Assembly (NCBI RefSeq): GCF_000142905.1
Contig: NW_013657658.1
Coordinates: 62,001-126,000, forward strand
Direction: 5' to 3'
From: Thecamonas trahens ATCC 50062
Lineage: Eukaryota; Protista; Apusomonadida
Length of the DNA: 64,000 nt
Under the pieces are notes generated by a model. The model searched no databases, had not been told where the DNA came from, and was given only the letters and a program-made list of their open reading frames with translations. Made by a program: the position numbers and the translations under genes. This document shows, piece by piece, positions 52,774 through 63,187 of the stretch (position 1 is its first letter; each line of letters begins with the position of its first letter).

Positions 52774-55700
52774 TTAGGGCGAATCGTCGTTTGCGCGGCG
52801 GATAGTGGCGAGGATAGGGGGCCGGCTCGAGCTGATAAGAGCGGTGCAGATCCAGCCATCGACGGTGACGTGGTTGCACGACTCGCGGTACTTCTTGCCG
52901 TGAAGCAACACTTGATTAGCTTTGACGTGCTTGCGCCACTTCAACCTGCTGCAAGCCTCGATTGGATCCACGCCGAGGGCGGATATGTCCCACTCGACAT
53001 GGGCAAACTTGGTCTTCTTGCGCGGCTTGTAATTCGGCTTGATCGTCCGTCCATCGGGCGACATGGAGACAGTGGAGATCTCGCAGCCAGCGGGCATGTC
53101 CGGGGTATACTCTGCCTCCTTGGTAAAGCCGAGGCTCCCGTCCTTGCGGCGATGGCTTGTCCACACGATGACCACAGTCTTGGTCCACGAGATGGCAACG
53201 GGTGACTGCTGAGTATGTCCTGGCGCGGTGCGCGTGGCCAAAAAAGACCCCGGAACCAATCGCACGGAGGTAGCTGCTCAATGGGGGTGACAAACGCGGA
53301 CTCGTTCCACAGCCGCAGGCAGTTGTCCTTCCCCCATGTCGCGAGTGTGCCATCATCCAAGCGCAACAAGCCAAGGATATGCTCTTGGGAGCAGTACTGC
53401 ATGAAACACCTGGTGCCGTCTTCCGCCAGTTCTACCTTGTAGAGCAAGCGCGCGCTGGCGTAGACCACAACCGGCGCATCCGCCGTGCCAATCGCCTCGA
53501 CGAAGCTGATTTTCTCACCGTTGCCGACCGAGAAAGCAAGCTTGGTTGCATCTCTGCCGCAAACAACCAGATCAGTCTTCGTCCAGGCCATGACTTCAAG
53601 CGGAGCCGCCGAGAGCACACGTACCCCGACAATCTTGGTTGGCGCATCCCAGAGCTCGACTGAGTTGTCAAAGCTGCCAGACATGTTGTGACGCCAAACG
53701 AGTAGCTTGGTCGACCAGGAGACTAAGGCGCCGGTCTCGGGCACAACCAGCGCGCCCGCGATCTCAGGTTGGTTGGTCTTGAGGTTGTGTGCGGACTCAA
53801 ACGGCGGCAACCAGATAGACATCGCGTTGCCATAGCTCACGACGAAACCACCCGGGAACAGAGTCACAGCCGGCGCCCGGTCGAAGGTTTGCACCTTTGG
53901 CGAGTTGTAGCCAGAGTGCTGGGTGGCAGCGCATGGCGAGTTGCCCGATGGGCCCCAGATGACCACCTTTTTGCCCGGAAAGCAGGCCACAATGTACGGC
54001 AGGCAGTTATCTGTGGCAGGGAGCTCCGGCGGGACGCAAACAACTGACTTGATACTCTTGCCTGCCATATTGTGATCTGGAAGAGCGATACAGGCTTGGT
54101 CGGCAGAGGCGGCAGAAGGATCGAGGCAGATGGCCAGAGTCTTGTCGACGTGTACGGCTAGCAGCCAGGGCATGCCGTCGGGACCATGCCTGCCGAGGAC
54201 TTGAAGGCTGGAGATGACCGAAGTGGTCAGGAGTGGCACGCCGGGCGTCATAGCCCAAGTAGAATGGTCTCGCTTCAGTATCCACAGCCTGTCGGCCACA
54301 GCCGCGATGAGCAGGTTGTCATCAATCTGCACGACATGCCGCAGGTACCTGTTCTTGCCATTCTCGAACTGGATGCAGTCGAGCAGACCGTGGTAGAGCG
54401 GCTCTAGCGGGACAGCGCGAGACTGTACTGTCTCCCGCGCGCCGAGCATGAGTCTTGCGATGCAAGGCGACTCGCTGACGAAAGGCAGCTCGCAGGGCTC
54501 AGCAAGGTAGACAGCGAGCTCCGCAGCAAGGTCCGGCGCAGCGATAATAATGTCGGGCGGAACGGAGCGCGAGGCGACAAGTAAGCGATTCAGCTCGGCA
54601 GCAGCGTTTGGCTTGTTGACAAGGAGCGACTGCAGCTGCACGAGGCCATGCATGAGCTCGGTGCGGTTGGATGCAAAGGCGGCAGAGAACCACGCCCATG
54701 AGAAGACAACGTCGAGCGCGGTGATCATGCTGCCGTGTGCGAGGTTGATGAGGTCTGCACCTGGGCTCTTGGAGTTCGCGGCGTTGTTCACGACGGCATC
54801 CTTGACATCGTCGACGCTCTTTGGCGCGGCGTCGCCACCGGCGGCGAGAGCAAGGTAGATCTGCTCCAGATCAACGCCCTTCACCGTCGCAAGTTGAGCC
54901 ACGGCCTTGTGCTGAAAGGCGTTGAGCGTGATCGTGTCCACCGAGCCGTGCAAGGTGCGCGAGACTGAAAGGAGGTTGGCGTGGGCAAGCTCGGTGAGGA
55001 CGCGGTTGAGGCGAGTGCGAGTAAAGCCAAGCATCCTGGCCAGAATGGTGAGCCCCGACGAGGCAATGCGAGGCGGATGGAGCGGAAAGGCTGCCAGCGA
55101 GGCATACACCTCTCGGCCCGAGCCTTGCATGGACTCGACGAGTGTACTGAGTGCGTACTCAATAGCATCGATGGACGAGTCACCCACAAACGCGCGCTCA
55201 GCTGTTGCAAGCGCATCGTTCAAATCGTCGGCGTTGCCGATGGCGGTGGCGAGCGCGACGAGCGCACCGGGATGGCCGCCACAGTGCTCGATCAGGACGT
55301 CAAAGAACGAGTTGTCCGGGGCCGTGCCCAGGTATGCGCTCCGGTCAAACGAGGCCATGAACAGTTCGACAGCGAGTTTGGGCTCCAACGTTGTGCAGCA
55401 GCTAAAGTCGTCAGTGCGGATGCCACGCGTGTTGCACGACACAAGTAGGAGCTTGTGGGGCGGGCTGATGGCGTCGCACAGGGCGGCCGCATAGCGCGAG
55501 TCGGAGTGTGCCACGTCGTCGACGACAAGAAGAATCCGGGTGTCAGTAATGCCTGCCAGCAGTTTGGTGAGCTCTTGGTAGCAGAGTTTGAGGTGCGGGA
55601 CGGCGTCTCCACCCAGCGCCTCGATGACCAGATTGAGGCTGGCGACGACAGCGTCGTCACTCGTCCAGTCGGCGTCGATCCACAGAATGGGCACAAACCG

Positions 55701-56642
55701 ACCAGAGACGGCGGCTGTATGGCAGGCGGCCGCGGCGGCGACGGTCCGGCCTGATCCGCGGATGCCGGTGAGGTGGACAACAGAAGTTGTGTTGGGGCCA
55801 CAAGGAGTGCAGAGCTTGTTGGCAAGCTCGTCATGGAGAGACGGAAGTGGAAGGAAGAACGACGGCAGCGGTGGGACTGACAGCAGATCGAGGGCGTACG
55901 ATTTGTGCGACGCTACCACCGACTCGGCACGGCTTTTCTCGACTGCCATCACCACCGCATCGCGCAGTTTCTTCAAAATCTCTTGTACGCTGGTCTTGTT
56001 GAGCTCACACAGAAAGAGGCCGCGGGATTTGAGACGTCTGGCTACCGCGACCCGTTGCTGGAGCTTCTCTTCCGACTTGAGGACATCGGTCCAGATCTCG
56101 CGAGCCTTTTTGTAGACCGCATTGTCGACAGCGTCCGGGAATGCATGGTCGGACATGTATTTGATGAGCGGATGCGATTGGATGGGATCATTGGCGACGT
56201 GAGCTCTGTTCCATTTCCCCAGCTGGTCGTACGTCATGACCGGATCGAGGCCAAAGACAGGCACAAGCTTGGCGTCGATTTTCTCCCTCGGCACGGCTTC
56301 CGCCTCGGCGATGGCCCAATTAGAGACAAACAGGTACTTGGAGACAATGACAACGACGACGCGCGACCGGAGGACCTTTGCTACCAAGTCCTTGGGACCC
56401 TCGACACAGTCGCCGATGAGCGACACGTTGTCGACAAAGGTCTTGATGTTGCGCTCGCTCAGCATGTCGTACAACGCCAGGCACCAGGCCTTGGTGAACG
56501 ATCCGTGGCAGAGAAACACATCGTAGAGCGGCGGGAGCGAGTCTGATCTGTTGTCACCGGTGTTGTTGCTCGGCCCTACGTCAGGCTCATGGTTGAGGCT
56601 CGTCTCCTTGCCCTTCGATGCGGATTTTCCTCGCTTAGCCAT
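52774..56642 (-). CDS. TIR-NB-ARC(STAND)-WD40 protein, NLR/Apaf-1-like; frameshift at about 53240-53245
   Basis: TIR: YDVFLCH...IKTFVD...SRVVVVIVSKYLFVSNWAIAE...LVPVF. NB-ARC: Walker A GIRGSGRT, Walker B ILLVVDDV, GxP motif CGGHPGAL. WD-like blades such as HILGLLRLDDGTLATWGKDNCLRLWN. One extra T in the T6 run continues into a further blade (AISWTKTVVIVW) ending at TAA 52774. Confidence 0.85.
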
Positions 56643-57227
56643 TTTCTGCAGGCACAGCGAGCGAGCAAGCGGGGTCGAGGACAGGTCCCACCCAGGCTAG
56701 GTCAGTGCCTCTGTGAACACAGGCGAGAGGGAGGAGGGGTGGTGGCGGTGGTAGTGGTGGTGGTGGTGGTGGTGGACGACCTGGTGAGAGGGGTGCTTGC
56801 GTTGGAGCTGCAGACAGAGCCCTGTGCTCTCCCGGTAGACGTTTGCCAGATGCCTGGCAACGCCTACGAAACCAATTGGAGACGATCATGGTTGGCGTAG
56901 ACCTCACCAGTTTGTGCAGAGTATGGTTTGTGAAATGCATGGCGCCCACATAGGGTTGCAGCCTTCAGTAGAGAGAGGGAGAGAGAGTGTGTTTGTGCGT
57001 GTGTATGGGTGTGTATTGGTTGCCCTATGAAGCCTTGCTCTTCGCCGAACTTGTCGGTGCCAAAAAAAGCTGCATATGCAACGACGCGATGGGCAGTAAG
57101 GGCGGGAGCAAAAGGCGTACGGTTGTCGTCGCGGCGGACGTCCATCCCTCAAGCATCTTCCCCCGAAAAAGGACGCTCTCCACTTATGGGTTGTTCTGGA
57201 GGGGGGGGGGCTCTGGGGGGACCCTGC

Positions 57228-58388
57228 TCACGTCGTCACCGACCGCGCCGCCGCCGCCGCTGCCACGCGCTCATAGTTCGAGTCATTGACAAAGTTACCG
57301 CCGAGCGTGATACAAGGCCCGACGCCGACAGCTACAGCTGTGTGCCACCAGCCGGGTGGAATGTACAGGAGCTGACCAGGCGCGAGGTCAACCACCGAGA
57401 GTTCGGCACTGGCAAACTCCGGAAACGTGCCCAGCGACGCCCTGTCTGGCTTGCTGATCCGCGACACGAGCGGCTGGTCCTTGATCGGGTACACCGCGCT
57501 TGTCGACGACGGCGGCGCCACAAAGAACCGCTTGTGGCCCTGGATCTGGCCCGACCACGCATGGGTAGCGCAGACGTCGACGTGGAACAGCGGCGTCCGA
57601 GTCCCGCACCCCGAGATGAAGAGCTCTGCCCACGAGAGCCACCACTGAGGCACAACATCTCTCAGCTCGTCCATGCGATTGCTGCCCATCGGCGCTGGCG
57701 GCGTCTGAGTCTCCGCCGCCGCTGCGGGGAACCATCGGCAGAGATGCAAGTTGCGGAGGTAGAGCCCGACATCCTCCGTCTGTTCCGCCACAAGATCAAG
57801 GTACCACCCCAGCGGCATGTCGACTCGATCCCGGAGCGTCGCGTTAAGCGGCACCGTCGTCTCGCCATACTCGGCCTTCCACCGCGCCGCGTCCCACCCC
57901 ATCGGCAGCGTCGCCTCCGCTCCGACCACCACACACGGCGTCTCGCTTGCGATGAGCTCTGCCAGCGCTTCCCGCCCGCTCGCCTCTTTCCAATCCACTC
58001 GCACCACCTCGGCCCCAAGCCTACACGGAAGCACCGAGCGGGCGTCGTCAGCATCCATCGGCGGCGGTGGCGAGGCCGCGCCTCGCCGGCGGCTGTGGTG
58101 GTTTGCTGCCGCCTTCTCGATCGCCCGCCGCACTCCCATGGCCCGCACCGCTGCCTCGGGTGCATCGGCCGGCAGCCACCACTCTGAATCCGACGATGAC
58201 AACGATCCGCTTCCCGATCCATCTTCATCTCCACCAGACGATGAGAACGACGCCGAGTACCGCACGTTCGGGAAGCGCCCAGAGCCCGAGCCCGACCCGC
58301 CGCTGTCCGAGCCCATCATGCCCCAGCCCTCATCCATGCGCGACGACGAGCCACCAGCCACAACTATCGGTCGTTCCGCCATGGCCAT
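57228..58388 (-). CDS. JmjC-domain 2-oxoglutarate/Fe(II) hydroxylase (JMJD4/JMJD6-like)
   Basis: LYLRN, LFISGCGTRTPLFHVD..THAWSGQIQGHKRF, LAPGQLLYIPPGWWHTA; the HxD...H triad is intact. Confidence 0.88.
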   Translation of the reverse strand: MAMAERPIVVAGGSSSRMDEGWGMMGSDSGGSGSGSGRFPNVRYSASFSSSGGDEDGSGSGSLSSSDSEWWLPADAPEAAVRAMGVRRAIEKAAANHHSRRRGAASPPPPMDADDARSVLPCRLGAEVVRVDWKEASGREALAELIASETPCVVVGAEATLPMGWDAARWKAEYGETTVPLNATLRDRVDMPLGWYLDLVAEQTEDVGLYLRNLHLCRWFPAAAAETQTPPAPMGSNRMDELRDVVPQWWLSWAELFISGCGTRTPLFHVDVCATHAWSGQIQGHKRFFVAPPSSTSAVYPIKDQPLVSRISKPDRASLGTFPEFASAELSVVDLAPGQLLYIPPGWWHTAVAVGVGPCITLGGNFVNDSNYERVAAAAAARSVTT

Positions 58389-58561
58389 GGTCACTCTCAC
58401 CCAGCACTTGCCCCGCCCTGGTCTGCTGCCACGGCCCGTTCCCCGTCCCGACCGCCACAAGCTCGAGTCGAGTGTAGCCCAGCCCAAGCCCAACCACCCC
58501 AGCTCCACCGCCCTCGTCAACGACCACACCTCACTCCGCCCCCTCTCCCCCCTCCCCGCCC

Positions 58562-60817
58562 ATGGCTGCAACACCAGGCCGGAAGACTCCAGGCCAGGGA
58601 GGCATCCGTGTCGTGGCGCGGTTCCGCCCGGTCAATGCCGACGAGACCGCCCACGACGGGGCGGTGTGCGTCGACTTCCCCTCCGACTCGTCGGCCGAGC
58701 TGGCCATCGGCAAGCGGACTCAAAGCTTCTCCTTTGCACGCGTCTTCCCGCCGCACACCTCGCAGGCTGGCGTGTATGACTCTGTGGGTGCACCGCTGCT
58801 GGATCCGCTTTTCTCCGGCGTCAACGTCGCCGTCGTCGCCTACGGCCAGACCGGCGCAGGCAAGACCCACACCATGTGGGGCGCGCCTGCCGCTCCTGAC
58901 GCCGCCGGCATCATTCCGCGCCTCCTGGCGGAGGTCTTTGACCGCTCTGCCGCCGACGCCCTGCCGGATGGGACCACCGCCACGCTCTCGGCCTCGTACA
59001 TTGAGATTTACCGCGAGGTCGTCCACGATCTGCTCGCTCCGCGCGAATCGGCTCCAAAGGCCGGCCTGCGCCTTGTTACCGGCACCACCGGCGTGGTCGT
59101 GCCGGATGGCGCAACAAGCCGCAGCGTGGCTGCCATTGACGATATTATGAGCCTCATGGATGAGGGCAACTCTCGTCGCTCTGTTGCCGCCCACAAGCAG
59201 AACGCCCAGTCCTCGCGCTCGCACGCGGTCTTCATCCTCAATCTCACGCTGCACAACGCCCACGATGCGAGCACAACATCTTCGGGCCTGTATCTGGTCG
59301 ATCTCGCCGGCTCGGAAAAGGTCTCCAAGACCGAGGTCGCCGGCCTGCAGCTGCAAGAGGCCAAGACCATCAACAAGTCGCTCCTCGCCCTCGGCAACGT
59401 CATTGCTGCCCTCTCCTCTTCGGCTCGGAAGGGCGGCAAAGGCGGCAAGCGTCACGTCCCCTATCGTGATTCCAAGCTCACTCGCCTTCTCTCCGCTTGC
59501 TTTGGCGGTAACTCGCTCACTACGCTCATCATCTGCTGTTCGTCCGCAGCGTACAACGCCACAGAGACTCTCTCCACCCTCCGCTTTGGCGACCGCTCCG
59601 CCAAGATCCGCAACACCCCGACCGCCAACAAGGTAGTCTCTGCCAAGGAGCTCACCTCGCGCCTGCATGAGCAGCAGGCAACCATCGCAGCCCAGGCGGC
59701 CGAGATCGAGCAGCTCAAGGCTGCGCTCCTCGCCATGCAGCGCGGCGAGGCCGGAGCAGCCCTCGCCGACATGGCCTCGCCTGTCCCGGCCCACATGCTC
59801 ACCGCCAAGGCTGGCTCGCGCTTCTCTATTGCCTCCTCGCACCTCTCAGACTCGTCGTCAGAGGCCGATCCCGGCGTCACCGCCAGCCCCGAGGCCGATC
59901 CCGCGAGCAAGCCCGACACAGGAGGTGAGGACGATGCGGAGCTGGCCGAAGTCATTGCCCCACCGCACGCACTCTGCACCCTCGCCTTTAACGCCATGCT
60001 CGACAATGAGCTCTCAGCACGTCTCGGCGAGTCGTTTGTGGTCATTCCACCTGCAGCACTCGCGGCCGACAGCCTCGTTGACCTCATGGACGTTGACGGC
60101 GAAATGGTGGCCTGCGAGAGGCTCGACGGGAGCCAGCGAGGGCTCGTCCCGCGCGCGCACCTCATCTGTTCCGCGGGCGGCCAGCCCCAGTTTGCGATTG
60201 TCCTCTTCCACTTTGATGCTGAGCTCGCCACCGAGCTCACAGTTCCTTTTGCCGGTGTGGTCCAAGTCCTCGCCGAAAACCTTGACGAGGCGCCTGGATG
60301 GCTTTTGTGCAAGCTCCCGGCCACCGCCACCATCGGCCTTGTGCCTGCAGACTACCTGCGACTCCTCGGCCCAAACGAGGATCCGGACCTCGTCGCCGCT
60401 CAGCTCGACCCAGACTATGCTGCCATCGAGGATCAGCGCGTGGCCGACCGGGCCGCTGCGTACGATGCCCTCAGCAAGGGCGACTACGTCCGGGTCACCG
60501 CTCCTTTCAACTCACAGTTTGACACCGAGCTCGCGGCTTCGCCGGGAGACATCCTCAAGGTCGCAGGCAAGCAGCCACCAGAGTGGCTTTTCTGCAAGGT
60601 CGAGGCTCTCGCCGTGCCCGATAGCTCGCGGGCCAAGGCGCGTGGCCTCATCCCATTCGGATACTGTCTGCCCAGTCCGGATTACCGCCCGCCGCCGGCC
60701 CGGACCTCGTCGGCCAGGGCGGCCGGCAGCGGCACCATGCCGTCGCTCCCGCCGCGGTCGTCGTCGCTCCAGTCAAAAGAAGGAGACGACGGCGCCGCGT
60801 TGCCGCCGCTGCTGTAG
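58562..60817 (+). CDS. Kinesin (kinesin-1-like motor) with a short coiled coil and three C-terminal SH3 domains
   Basis: IRVVARFRP, AYGQTGAGKT, NAQSSRSH, LVDLAGSEKV.KT, INKSLLALGNVI, HVPYRDSKLTRLL, ETLSTLRFG. Three SH3 units: FNAMLDNELS...GLVP, FHFDAELATELT...GWL...GLVPADY, PFNSQFDTELA..PGDI...WL...GLIP..Y. Confidence 0.92.
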   Translation: MAATPGRKTPGQGGIRVVARFRPVNADETAHDGAVCVDFPSDSSAELAIGKRTQSFSFARVFPPHTSQAGVYDSVGAPLLDPLFSGVNVAVVAYGQTGAGKTHTMWGAPAAPDAAGIIPRLLAEVFDRSAADALPDGTTATLSASYIEIYREVVHDLLAPRESAPKAGLRLVTGTTGVVVPDGATSRSVAAIDDIMSLMDEGNSRRSVAAHKQNAQSSRSHAVFILNLTLHNAHDASTTSSGLYLVDLAGSEKVSKTEVAGLQLQEAKTINKSLLALGNVIAALSSSARKGGKGGKRHVPYRDSKLTRLLSACFGGNSLTTLIICCSSAAYNATETLSTLRFGDRSAKIRNTPTANKVVSAKELTSRLHEQQATIAAQAAEIEQLKAALLAMQRGEAGAALADMASPVPAHMLTAKAGSRFSIASSHLSDSSSEADPGVTASPEADPASKPDTGGEDDAELAEVIAPPHALCTLAFNAMLDNELSARLGESFVVIPPAALAADSLVDLMDVDGEMVACERLDGSQRGLVPRAHLICSAGGQPQFAIVLFHFDAELATELTVPFAGVVQVLAENLDEAPGWLLCKLPATATIGLVPADYLRLLGPNEDPDLVAAQLDPDYAAIEDQRVADRAAAYDALSKGDYVRVTAPFNSQFDTELAASPGDILKVAGKQPPEWLFCKVEALAVPDSSRAKARGLIPFGYCLPSPDYRPPPARTSSARAAGSGTMPSLPPRSSSLQSKEGDDGAALPPLL

Positions 60818-60845
60818 AGGAAGATTGAAGGTAGGGGACACTCCG

Positions 60846-62937
60846 CTATGGCAGCCCCACAAGGCTGAGCACGTCAAGCTGGCACGGATGTTGTGGCTGG
60901 AGCCCGAGCTTTCGCGCCACCAGCGTAGCCAGCACATGCAGCCAGAGCGAGTGCGATGACTCGACCAAGCCATCGAGGGCGAGTACTCCGCGGGTGCATC
61001 CTGCTGCTGCCCGCATCTGCGCAAGCTGTTCGTCGTCCACGCTGTCTATTGCATCCGGTATGCCTGTAGCATTGCTTGGCTCCAAGTGGAGTGCAAAGGC
61101 CGACCAAGCCCACAGCTCGTCCAGCATTTGTCGGCACCCGACGTCTACCACAACAAGCGGGGTGCCAGCTGCGAGGCCAAACGCCCCACGGATGCCCCAT
61201 CCGCCAATCTGCCCCAGCGGCGCGAGGTTGAACTGCGCTGCAAACGTGCTCGCCTCCACAGAGTCGACGTAGCCGTCCACAACCACAAAGTCGTCGCGCC
61301 TTGCCGCATCTGCCATCTCCACCGCAGCCAGCCGCCCGTTTCCGTCCGCCACCGGCCACACCGACGACTTAGCCACGGTTCCGGCAAAGAACAGCCGCGG
61401 TCGCCGGTGCGGATCAAAGCCCAGCGAGGGCTTTCGCGCGTAGTCGGCAACAAATGGATGATGCGGCGGGAGGACAATGTCAACTCCGCCCACAAACTCG
61501 CCGCGCGCCGCACGGGTGACATGTCCGCTCATCAGCCCGTGGTACGCGAGAAAGACAGAGTCCAGCGCACGCGCTCGCGCGAGAACCTCGTCATTCTCAT
61601 CAAAGTATGCCCCAATCCCGCCGTCATCCATGAGCGGGAGCCACACCAATGTCTTGCCGCTCTTAGCCACTCGCGCGGCCTCGAGCAGCGCCACTACCGG
61701 CTCGCGCGACCACATCCGCCCGGCGCCAAACGGGACAACAAGCACATCGGCATCTCGCGCCGATCTGACCAGGCATTCGCCTGCCGCTAGCACCTCCTCC
61801 GCAAACCTAAACACTCCGTGTCGCCAAAGTCCACGCTCAGCCCGCTTGCTGTCGCGTGCCATCCGAAGCTGAGGCTCTGCGGGAGCGAGAGGACGTGTGC
61901 ACTCTGCGCACATTTCGTCCCATCACCGCCCGCCATCGCCTCCGGCTCCGAGCAGTCAAGCCCCCGCACCCTCCAGCGCACACGCAGTATCCGCGCATGC
62001 ACGTCCCATGGCCGGAGCACATGTTGAGACATGCCGAGTCGGCCCCACGGTTGCCCTGCTGGCAGTGGCTTCCAGTCACGCCGCCAAAGCACAGGCACGA
62101 CACTGCGTCCGACTCCTCGTCGTCGTACACACACCAGCCCTGCCCGGAGCAGTAGCCCAGCGAAGCGCAACGGTCAATCGGAGCAAAGAGCGGCACGCTG
62201 TCCTCGTCCTCATCGATGAGGTACAGCTCGCCAGACTCACGCCGGAGTGCGCCGATTCGCCGCAGCCGGAGCTCGGCAGGGCGGGTGAGTGCCACGCCCA
62301 ATGCCACCTCAGCGTCGCTTATCTCTACACACCGGATGGGTCTGTGACCGTCGCGATACTGGTGCATCCGCCAAAACTCGGCCGCCTCGAGCCGCGAGAG
62401 CGAGCGCAGCAGCGCGCCACACCGTCGCAGACAGGCGCACCTCACCGGCGCCGCGCCCCGCGGACGCGGCCCTTTGTCTGATACCAGCGCTGGCGCGATG
62501 CACCGAACAAAGACGCCGAGTCGGTCGATTTGCTCGGCGTGGTACTCGGGCGCGTCTCGTGCGGCGCGTCCCAGCGGTGCCAGAACGCCATGCCCGCCCG
62601 TCGCCTCCCGCCACGCCTCCGCCGACGCCAGCTCGCAGGCGGCCATGTGATGCGCGGCGCAGAGTGCAGAGATACGGGTGGCAGGCAAAGCATTGCCTGC
62701 CTCACGTTCTGCCTTGCCACACACACACCCGCCAGCGGCGCTCATCGCATCGTCCGGGCTCCACCAGACCTGGCCGGTGAGGCAGTCGTGGCGTGGCCGC
62801 TGGCTGCCGTGGGCCACGCGGACTGAGCCGTCGCCACCTCCTGCCCCACGCCAGATGGCCAGTAGCAGCCTGGCAGCAAGCAGCGCGAGAACGGCTACAG
62901 CCACAACTTTCCGCCTGCCATGTAGTACTGGCGGCAT
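60846..62937 (-). CDS. Exostosin-family (GT47) type II membrane glycosyltransferase with EGF-like repeats; frameshifts at about 61963 and 61816
   Basis: N-terminal signal anchor; EGF repeats CSGQGWC...CLC.GG.TG.HC and CLNMCSGHGTC.RGYCVC; GT47 motifs ARDADVLVVP, DIVLP, LFFAG, FNLAPLG..GWG.R, AGTPLVV. Confidence 0.8.
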
Positions 62938-62942
62938 CGACA

Positions 62943-62991
<49 letters not shown>

Positions 62992-63187
62992 GAGGAGTGA
63001 GTGAGATGTGGAGCACCGTAGCACCGTAGTGCCCGAGAGGCAGGTTCAGGTTGAGACGACTGCCAAGCACACCACGCAGGCAAGGAGAGGGCTTTGCCCA
63101 GCAGGCGACCATGAAAGCCAAACTCAATGGGCTCGGGCTCGGCTCCATGATCTACTCTTTTACATCAACGCCACCACCACCAGCAAG

